DNA of 30,853 nt from a bacterium. GTDB taxonomy: Bacteria; Hydrothermota; 32-111. Where the stretch lies: positions 1 to 30,853 of the forward strand of contig JBFXGO010000030.1 in the NCBI GenBank assembly GCA_050239825.1, read 5' to 3'. Position 1 is the first letter of the stretch, and every line of letters begins with the position of its first letter. This document shows, in pieces, positions 10,291 through 18,413 of this stretch. A program made the translations under genes and the position numbers. The notes beneath the pieces were generated by a model. The model had not been told where the DNA came from, did not search any database, and saw only the letters and a program-made list of their open reading frames with translations.

Positions 10291-11141
10291 AGATGAAGAA
10301 ACATCTGAAAGCTGACTTGATGCTACTGGTGGCGACAGTTTTCTGGGGGCTTACCTTTGTCACAGTCAAAGATGCGATGAATTACTCGGGGACATTCTCC
10401 TTCATAGCGGCAAGATTCTTCATAGGCGCATTGATTGTTCTGCCTTTTGTCTTTAAGAAGCTGAAAGCAATTTCCGCAACCACTTTAAAGGATGCCGCTC
10501 TTTTGGGTCTTCTCGTTTTTCTCGGATTTGCACTTCAAACAGCGGGGCTGAAAGAGACCTCATCGACCCGCTCTGCATTCATAACAGGCCTTTCGGTTGT
10601 TCTTGTGCCCGTAATATCCTACTTCATGAACAAAACAAAAATCGATGCATTCAAGACGGCAGGCATAATTCTTTCTGCGGCAGGTTTGTTTCTGATGTTC
10701 CCTCCAAACTCTGCCCCCATAAACAGGGGCGATATCCTAACATTCGCATGCGCTGTTGTATTTGCATTTGTGATTGTCATGATACAGAAATTTACGAAGA
10801 GAAATGACCCGCTTATACTTGTCTTCCTGCATATCTGTTTTGTTGCGGGAATTTCATTTATAATGGCGATTCTCTTTAGAGAAACGAAAATGGAATTTAA
10901 AACTAATTTTATCTATGACCTTTTGTTTACATCCATCTTTGCAACTGCAGGCTCCCTTGTTTTGCAGTATAAGTACCAAAAACAGACAAGCGAAACGAGG
11001 GCGGCGATCGTATATACCCTTGAGCCTCTCTTCGCGGCTCTCTTCGCATTCATTATTGTTGGGGAGAGGATGGCGGGGATTGCGCTTCTCGGTGGCGCGG
11101 CGGTATTTATGGGGATGCTTTTCTCTGAATTTGGAGAATAG
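10284..11141 (+). CDS. DMT/EamA family transporter
   Basis: About 10 hydrophobic segments, FWGLTF..VK, SAFITGLSVVLVP, YTLEPLFA; start uncertain (10278, 10284 or 10293). Confidence 0.9.
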   Translation: MVKMKKHLKADLMLLVATVFWGLTFVTVKDAMNYSGTFSFIAARFFIGALIVLPFVFKKLKAISATTLKDAALLGLLVFLGFALQTAGLKETSSTRSAFITGLSVVLVPVISYFMNKTKIDAFKTAGIILSAAGLFLMFPPNSAPINRGDILTFACAVVFAFVIVMIQKFTKRNDPLILVFLHICFVAGISFIMAILFRETKMEFKTNFIYDLLFTSIFATAGSLVLQYKYQKQTSETRAAIVYTLEPLFAALFAFIIVGERMAGIALLGGAAVFMGMLFSEFGE

Positions 11142-11156
11142 AAGGGTGGAATTTTA

Positions 11157-12512
11157 ATCTCTAGTCCAATATCACTGGTCACGAGTCAAGAAATGTTGGG
11201 GGCAGTTGAATAGCTTAGCGCTCATTCGCACATCAGCCTTGGGCAGCTATATCATGATGGAGTAGAGTTGGAGTGCTGAAAACAGCAGTCCAACAACTGA
11301 GCTGCCCACATGATGGGCTGCCCCGGCTGACATCCTCATGAGCTTGTAGCTTACACTTTCAATAAGTTATTTAATTGATTGAATCTTCACAAAGCATTGG
11401 CTGGGGTGTAATGTGCGCGAACGCACATGATAGAAGAGAACGGGTTGCACCAGAACTTTGTGAAGATTAATGTAAAGACAAAATCTTACTCAGCAGTGTC
11501 ACCGTGAACGCCTCAATGGTTATGACTATCGTGAAGGGTCTATCAGTTTATTGTTAATTGATTATTGAAGATTGTTTATGGGCTGATGTCGGGCGTAGCG
11601 TCGGCTCGCACACTCCGCTTCGCCGCTTAATCAAGATGGGATAGCGTAGCAAGGGGTCGCCCACTTGATGGGCGTCTGCGCGGAGCGTCCTCGCCGACTT
11701 TAAGCTTTCGAGTATCAATAAGCTATTTAATTGATTGTCCTCATGAGAAGCATTGGACAGACGAGCGCTGTGGACAGGCTTCTCATTCGGAACTGAAAAG
11801 ACAAAATCTTACTCAGCAGTGTCATCCTGAACGCCTCTGTGGTTATGACTATCGTGAAGGGTCTGTCAGTTTATCGTTAATTGATTATTGAAGATTGTTT
11901 ATGGGCTGCACGCGGGCGTTGCGTCGGCTCACACACTCCGCTTCGCCGCTTTATCAAGATGGGATAGCGTAGCAAGGGGAGAACCACTTGATGGGCGTCT
12001 GCGCAGAGCGTCCTCGCCGACTTTAAGCTTTCGAGTATCAATAAGCTATTTAATTGATTGAATCTTCACAAAGCATTGGCTTGGGTGAAATGTGTGCGAA
12101 CGCACATGATAGACGCCTCGGGTTGCACCAGAACTTTGTGAAGATTACTGTAAAGACAAAATCTTACTCAAATCTCCGTATTAAGCTCATGGCACATGGC
12201 TCACGGCTCAAGGCTGATTTATGGGCTGATGGCGGGCGTAGCGTCAGCTCACACACTCCGCTTCGCCGCTTTATCAAGATGGGTTACCGGAGCAAGGGGT
12301 CAACCACTTGATGGGCGTCTTCGCGGAGCGTCCTCGCCGTTCACTTTCAATAAGTTAATTAATTGTGTTGCAGTGGGGACACACCGTAGGAATGTCCCCA
12401 AACATTGAATAGCAGTGCGGAGATGCACTGGAATTTTTCCTCGGAACTGTAAAGGCAAGTTATTTAATCAACTCCCCGTATTGTATTTAAGCTCGCAACC
12501 CGCAACTCGAAA
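11157..12512. repeat. modular structured repeat array 1 (leader-A'-B1-C-A-B2-C-A-B1-D-A-B3'-D')
   Basis: Hairpin A/A' at 11220-11343, 11600-11698, 11923-12021, 12243-12339; hairpin B at 11361-11490, 11717-11813, 12040-12168, 12349-~12468; linkers C and D between; no credible ORF. Confidence 0.9.
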
Positions 12513-12571
12513 TTGCATTATAATATGCAATGTTATTGATAATTGGGGGTTGATTAAGAAACCTGTTCAGT

Positions 12572-13942
12572 TTAAAATTTCTTTGACAAAACGCCGAAGG
12601 TGTGTATTAAAAGAGAGATACCGAGACCGACTATCATCGGTTCGATGTTTGAAAGCGGGTTTTCATAGGGAATTATCTTTCTTATAAATATCCATGAGAT
12701 ACTTGAGAGTGTGCCGAAAATCATCTCAATAATAATCAGGTTTTCGCCTACTCTGAATTTTACAAAGTATGCGCCGATAACAGCAAAGATGAGACCCGGG
12801 ATAGCAACTGAGCCGATTATGTACCATAGGTTTATGACGGAAGGAAAAAGGAACGCGAGAAGGACAGCGATAAGAGATGAGAAGAGCATTCCTATCCTTG
12901 CGAAGAGCTTTTCATTGTAATTATTAATATTCAGTTTTTTCATGAAATCAATCGATAATGTGGTCCCGCTTATGAAGATGAATGAATTGAGAGTTGAGAG
13001 GATTGTGGCGAATATACCAGCATAGAAAAGCCCGAGAAGACCCTTTGGCAGAATAGCAGATGCAAGGTTAAAATATGACCACTGGGGAATGGAGAGAGAT
13101 GGAAATGCCGCTCTTGCATATAGGGCTGTGGAGGTGGTGAGAAAGTCAAAGAGAGCCCAGAGGAGTATGGATAGAATTATTCCGTAAAAAGCTGTCTTCT
13201 CATCCTTGGCAGAGTAGCATCTCTGGTGAAAGCCCGGGTCAACGAATGTCCACAAAGCTATGAGAAACCAGACAAAAATGTAGAGTGGGGGCATGCCTCC
13301 GGTTAGAGTAAGATGAGATGAGGGAAGGTTCTCCTTGAGAAATGTGTAATCCCCCAGCTTAAAAAAAGCAAATACAAATAGAACTGCAAACCCCAGGAAC
13401 ATAAAGAAGAACTGAAAAACATCTGTATAAAGGTCGGCTTTAAAACCGCCCTTAAAGACGAAGGGAAGTACGAATAGAAGGGAAATGAGCATGGAAGATA
13501 AAAGGTTGAAGGAAAAGAGCTTTGATAGAATTACTCCGGACATAAGTATGTAGGGAGCCGGGGAAGCAAGTATGAATACAATCAAGGCAGATACCATAGA
13601 GGCCCTTTTTCCGTAAATCTGCTCTATTCTTTCCGGAATGGTGAAGAGGGAAGCCTTTCTCACTTTTTTAGCAAAAAAGATAGCAAATAAAAGAGCAAAA
13701 ACATAATAGGGGAATCCCTGAGTGAACCAGTTTACCAGACCGTACTGATATGTGAACTCTCCGACTCCTAAGATGCCTCCATACCAAGTGGATACATTTG
13801 TAGCTATGAAAAGAAAGAGGCCTGTCTTTCTGTTGTTGATGAGAAAATCATTATTTCCGCTCTTTCCCCTGGATGCGAAATAACCGGTAAGTCCGAGGAG
13901 AACGAAGAATGAAAGAATGACTGCTAAATCTGCATTAGTCAT
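12572..13942 (-). CDS. sodium:solute symporter family protein
   Basis: About 13 TM segments, STWYGGILGVGE, GGFKADLYTD.FQ, DPGFHQR, FATILSTLNS; start moved to ATG 13942 because a TGnTATAAT -10 box lies within the longer ORF. Confidence 0.9.
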   Translation of the reverse strand: MTNADLAVILSFFVLLGLTGYFASRGKSGNNDFLINNRKTGLFLFIATNVSTWYGGILGVGEFTYQYGLVNWFTQGFPYYVFALLFAIFFAKKVRKASLFTIPERIEQIYGKRASMVSALIVFILASPAPYILMSGVILSKLFSFNLLSSMLISLLFVLPFVFKGGFKADLYTDVFQFFFMFLGFAVLFVFAFFKLGDYTFLKENLPSSHLTLTGGMPPLYIFVWFLIALWTFVDPGFHQRCYSAKDEKTAFYGIILSILLWALFDFLTTSTALYARAAFPSLSIPQWSYFNLASAILPKGLLGLFYAGIFATILSTLNSFIFISGTTLSIDFMKKLNINNYNEKLFARIGMLFSSLIAVLLAFLFPSVINLWYIIGSVAIPGLIFAVIGAYFVKFRVGENLIIIEMIFGTLSSISWIFIRKIIPYENPLSNIEPMIVGLGISLLIHTFGVLSKKF

Positions 13943-13948
13943 ATTGTC

Positions 13949-13976
13949 ATTATAGCAAAACAATGTTCTTAATCAA
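13949..13976 (-). promoter_or_regulatory. sigma70 promoter for the symporter, probably leaderless
   Basis: Minus strand TTGATT-16 bp-TATAAT with extended TG, 6 nt before ATG 13942. Confidence 0.6.
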
Positions 13977-13988
13977 TAAGCAAAACCT

Positions 13989-15156
13989 ATCTCTAGTCCA
14001 ATATCACCAGTCACGAGTCAAGAAATGTTGGGGGCAGTTGAATAGCTTAGCGCTCATTCGCACATCAGCCTTGGGCAGCTATATCATGATGGAGTAGAGT
14101 TGGAGTGCTGAAAACAGCAGTCCAACAACTGAGCTGCCCACATGATGGGCTGCCCCGGCTGACATCCTCATGAGCTTGTAGCTTTCACTTTCAATAAGCT
14201 ATTTAATTGGTTGAATCTTCACAAAGCATTGGCTGGAGTGTAATGTGCGCGAACGCACATGATAGACGCCTCGGGTTGCACCAGAACTTTGTGAAGATTA
14301 CTGTAAAGACAAAATCTTACTCAGCAGTGTCACCCTGAACGCCTCAATGGTTATGACTATCGTGAAGGGTCTATCAGTTTATCGTTAATTGATTATTGAA
14401 GATTGTTTATGGGCTGATGGCGGGCGTAGCGTCGGCTCACACACTCCGCTTCGCCGCTTTGTCTCGGCAGACCTCGACGGGCGTCTGCGCGGAGCGTCCT
14501 CGCCGACTTGAAGCTTTCACTTTCAATAAGAATTGATTTGCTTGTCCTCGGAAAAACATTGAATAGCAGTGCGGAGATGCACTGGAATTTTTCCTCGGAG
14601 TTGTAAAGGCAAGTTATTTACTCATCTCCCCGTATTAAGCTCATGGCGCATGGCTCACGGCTCAGGGCTGATTTTATGGGCTGCATGCAGGTGTAGCGTC
14701 GGCTCGCACACTCCGCTGCGCCGCTCTATTTTTAGGGACGGTGGTTGCAAAAAGCTGCATTTTTTGAATCGTTAAAATTATGAGTTGCTGATCAAGAAAT
14801 GTTTGCTGGCTGCACGTTGGTGTAGCGTCGGCTCGCACACTCCGCTTCGCCGCTTTATCAAGATGGGATAGCGGAGCAAGGGGACAACCACTTGATGGGC
14901 GTCTGCGCGGAGCGTCCTCGCCGACTTGTAGCTTTCGTGTATCAATAAGTTAATTATTTGATTAAATCTTCACAAAGCATTGGCTGGGGAGAAATGTGCG
15001 CGAACGCACATGATAGAGGTATCGGGTTGCACCAGAACTTTGTGAAGATTGCTGTAAAGACAAAATCTTAATCAAATCTCCGTATTAAGCTCAAGGCACA
15101 TGGCTCACGGCTCAAGGCTGACTTGGGGCGGCTGAATAGCATAGCATTCATTTGCA
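13989..15156. repeat. modular structured repeat array 2 (leader-A'-B1-C-A(short)-B3-D-A(truncated)-A-B1-D-A'(truncated))
   Basis: A' 14052-14175, B1 14193-14321, A 14431-14507, B3 14525-14622, truncated A from 14698, A 14827-14925, B1 14944-15072, D 15089-15120; the first ~470 bp nearly identical to 11157-11628. Confidence 0.9.
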
Positions 15157-15207
15157 ATATTATACCTATGCACTTTATTAAAACAAAAAAAAGTATATAA
15201 TATATGA

Positions 15208-16479
15208 ATGAAAAATATTTACAGAATTATCGTTGCTGTAACAATTGTTTTTGTAGCACTTTATTTTTCATTTTATACGGAAAGAGCCGGCGGCTACCTG
15301 TCTACACTGATTTTCTTCGCGCTTTCATCAACGGCTGTGATGGTAAAAAAGGATATTGATTTATCAATGCTCTGGGTGAGTCTGCCTGCTTCAATTTTGG
15401 TAACGGCATTTATTTTTAAGACGCACCTGTATCCAGAGATAATGATATTGGCTATGAACAGGCTTTATCTTGTAATTCTCTCTTTTATACCGTTTAAGAA
15501 AACAAAGGAGATAAGGATTATCTCTCTCATATACTGCAATCTAATCGTATTCCTTGTTTTGATTGAGCTTCTCCTTAACCTGATTTTCATGATTTATCCG
15601 TTTGAAGTTTTAAAGAGAAAAACCGACATATTCAGACTCGCTCCTTCAACGACTTTTAATAATTCGCCTGTGAATGAAGACGGATACATGGGAAGAAGAG
15701 TATCCGATGAAAAAAAAGAGAGAAGAATTCTTTTCATAGGAGATTCATTCGGAGTGGGTGTAGTTGATTACAAGCATAATTTCATACAGATGATTGACGA
15801 CTCAACTGAATATGAATGCATCAACCTTTCACAGCCGGGATATTCGCCGGTTGATTATCTGAGAGAACTCAAAACCAATTTTGATAAAGCCTGTCCAGAC
15901 CTTGTTATCATAATTATCTTTGCCGGGAATGACATTCTAAATATAGCTGTCGGGGAAAACAATTGGTCTATAGATAATTTTAAATCAATCAATCTGATAA
16001 GAAATGCAGATGTTTTCCTTAAAGAGAGAAAGAGAATAAAGAAAGAAACTGAAAGCTTTTCAATGACGAGAGAAACCTTTCTTGAAGTCGAGAAAAGAAG
16101 AATGAAAGTTAATGAAAAAGATTCTCTTAAAAGAGAGTGGAGTCTTTTTGAGAAGACAATTGATGAGATGAAAGTGTTTCTTGACGGTAAAAACAGAAGG
16201 TATTTATTTTTGATAATTCCGGATGAATTTTCGATTAATGAGAATCTGCAGAGAGATTTGGGAAAAGATGATTCCGTTGACTGGCTTTACTCTGTCAAAA
16301 GAATCGCAGATTTGCTTGACGAAAGAGGAATTGAACACATCAATTCAACGAAATCACTCCAAGAAGCCTTTAAAGCAGGCGTCAATCCATACAGAGAGAA
16401 TGATACGCATGTGAATGAATATGGAAATTACATTTTATTCAATGAATTAAAAAAGTATATTGACTTTACAGAAAGATGA
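15208..16479 (+). CDS. membrane-anchored SGNH/GDSL-like hydrolase (AlgX/AlgJ-like)
   Basis: N-terminal TM helices, block I ILFIGDSF, block III FAGND, block V NDTHVNEYG. Confidence 0.75.
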   Translation: MKNIYRIIVAVTIVFVALYFSFYTERAGGYLSTLIFFALSSTAVMVKKDIDLSMLWVSLPASILVTAFIFKTHLYPEIMILAMNRLYLVILSFIPFKKTKEIRIISLIYCNLIVFLVLIELLLNLIFMIYPFEVLKRKTDIFRLAPSTTFNNSPVNEDGYMGRRVSDEKKERRILFIGDSFGVGVVDYKHNFIQMIDDSTEYECINLSQPGYSPVDYLRELKTNFDKACPDLVIIIIFAGNDILNIAVGENNWSIDNFKSINLIRNADVFLKERKRIKKETESFSMTRETFLEVEKRRMKVNEKDSLKREWSLFEKTIDEMKVFLDGKNRRYLFLIIPDEFSINENLQRDLGKDDSVDWLYSVKRIADLLDERGIEHINSTKSLQEAFKAGVNPYRENDTHVNEYGNYILFNELKKYIDFTER

Positions 16480-16508
16480 TTTACAATAAATAAAAGGGAA
16501 TAGAAACA

Positions 16509-18413
16509 ATGACTGATTTAAAAAGATTTACAAATTCAATTGAAAATGAGGAACTCTTCCTTAATACCATAAAGTATCTGTCGGATGTTATTGATGCGAA
16601 GGATGAATACACAATAGGCCATTCCGAGAGAGTGCAGAGGTATGCTCTCCTTATTGGAAAGGAGATGTCGCTCTCAAAGAAGCAGATGGATGTACTATAC
16701 CTTTCATCCATCCTTCATGATATAGGCAAAGTAAAGATTCCAATAAGCATCCTTAAAAGCAAGAAAAAGCTCAACAAATATGAATTCATGGAGATAAAGA
16801 GACATTCTGTATATGGCGCATATCTGCTCGGTTCATTCAGGTATGTCTCCGGTCTCCAGGATGCCATAAAACATCACCATGAAAGGTATGACGGAAAGGG
16901 ATACCCCGACGGCCTGCTTGGAGAGAATATACCGCTCCTCTCAAGAATAATAGCAGTATGCGACTCATTTGATGCGATGACTTCCAACAGAAGCTATCAC
17001 AAAGAGGTGAGAAGCGAATACCTTGCAATAAAGGAGATTGAAAAGAATGCCGGCACTCAGTTTGACAAAAGAGTTGCAACAACCTTTATTAAACTGTACA
17101 AGAAAGGAAGTGTGCATCTTGAGAAGGCTCTGCAGCTTCTAAAACAGCAGAGCGTCAATTCCTATGAGAATGCTCTCTTCTTTCTGAAAATTGCAAAACA
17201 GAGGATGCAGGGAGAGGAGAATCTTAGATTCATAGATTACAACATAGGGAAAATTTACCTTCAGCAGGGTAATTCAAAAGCGGCGTTAAAGTATATCAAA
17301 GGCTACCTGCCGTATGCAGGAAACAGAGCATCGCTTCCTGAAATCTATAATGAAATGTCATCGGCTTACTATTACCTCAATGATTATGAAAAATCTCTTT
17401 CATTTTCAGCCGATGTGATAAAGGATAAAAAAGCATTCCTATTTGAAAAATCGAGGGCTACGAGGCATACTGCAATGATTTATTTTAAAATGGGCAAGAG
17501 CCCGGCTGAAGTATTCTTTCATCTGAATAAATTTCTTGAATATTACAATAAAATAGAATCAATGATTGAAAAAGATAAGACCCGCATAGCTACGGCGTCA
17601 TTTTCCATAATAAGGTACAATCAGCTGATAAACTATACCAAAGAGGTGAAGAGCGACCTGTCAAAATATTATGATGCGGCGGCATTTATATATTTAAACA
17701 TGGGAAATCTGGAGAGAGCGATAGAAAACTATCTTAAATCAATAGATATAAAGCACTTTTACGGCGATATCTACGGGTCCATCAGAAGTCAGGCCGGTAT
17801 AGCCCTTGTTTACATAGAACAGGGACGATTCATTGATGCGGAGTACAATCTCTTTGAAGCTCTCTCTTATGCTCGGAAGCTTAACAACAAAATGGGATTG
17901 TGGATGGTCAACAACAATCTTGGCCGTCTGTATATGACCTGGAAAAAGTTAGACTTGTCGGAGAAATATTACTATAAAGCCTTTAAGGCAGGGTCAAGCA
18001 TAAGCAATAAATCCCTTTTGACAGAATCGGCATTCTTTCTGACAAGGTTCGTCTCCTCCTCCGCCAAAAGAAGAAGCATAATCAAGAAATACTCTTCGGC
18101 AACAGGAAAGGACAACAGAGATTCGATTATGACTTATATGATAAAAACAAAGGATAAAAAGAGCGGAGAGATGACGGAGGAGATGTTTGAGAAATCAATC
18201 CGTTCGCTGAAAGAGAAGCACCGCATCCTTGACCATGCCAAGCTATTTTACAATTACATGAAATATCTTAAAGAGAATAATTCCGCCAGATATGCGAGTC
18301 TTATTCAGAATATACCGTCAATAATTAAACCAATTTCAGACAGTATAGTCAGGAGGAGGTTAGAAAAAATATATGATATCAATTCTAAAATCGGCGGCAA
18401 TAAACGGCCTTGA
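16509..18413 (+). CDS. HD-GYP phosphodiesterase with C-terminal TPR repeats
   Basis: YTIGHSERV, LHDIGK, HHERYDGKGYPDGL, IIAVCDSFDAMT, GTQFD; TPR-like helices after ~aa 200. Confidence 0.85.
   Translation: MTDLKRFTNSIENEELFLNTIKYLSDVIDAKDEYTIGHSERVQRYALLIGKEMSLSKKQMDVLYLSSILHDIGKVKIPISILKSKKKLNKYEFMEIKRHSVYGAYLLGSFRYVSGLQDAIKHHHERYDGKGYPDGLLGENIPLLSRIIAVCDSFDAMTSNRSYHKEVRSEYLAIKEIEKNAGTQFDKRVATTFIKLYKKGSVHLEKALQLLKQQSVNSYENALFFLKIAKQRMQGEENLRFIDYNIGKIYLQQGNSKAALKYIKGYLPYAGNRASLPEIYNEMSSAYYYLNDYEKSLSFSADVIKDKKAFLFEKSRATRHTAMIYFKMGKSPAEVFFHLNKFLEYYNKIESMIEKDKTRIATASFSIIRYNQLINYTKEVKSDLSKYYDAAAFIYLNMGNLERAIENYLKSIDIKHFYGDIYGSIRSQAGIALVYIEQGRFIDAEYNLFEALSYARKLNNKMGLWMVNNNLGRLYMTWKKLDLSEKYYYKAFKAGSSISNKSLLTESAFFLTRFVSSSAKRRSIIKKYSSATGKDNRDSIMTYMIKTKDKKSGEMTEEMFEKSIRSLKEKHRILDHAKLFYNYMKYLKENNSARYASLIQNIPSIIKPISDSIVRRRLEKIYDINSKIGGNKRP

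Noticed and set aside
12054..12687. Short ORFs inside the arrays (12054-12311, 12196-12408, 12415-12687, also 14569-14775)
   Set aside because: Frames are not preserved between repeat copies, indels are not multiples of three, and there is no SD or recognisable domain
13989..14320. Riboswitch controlling the symporter
   Set aside because: The same sequence also occurs downstream of the gene, and the symporter appears to have its own leaderless promoter at 13949-13976, leaving this region outside its mRNA
11157..15156. CRISPR array
   Set aside because: No 25-45 bp repeat alternating with unique equal-length spacers; the inter-repeat segments are themselves repeated; no cas genes in the window
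11157..15156. Integron attC cassettes, group II intron remnants, tRNA or rRNA
   Set aside because: No consistent RYYYAAC/GTTRRRY ends with cassette ORFs, no domain V consensus, no cloverleaf or rRNA signature recognised
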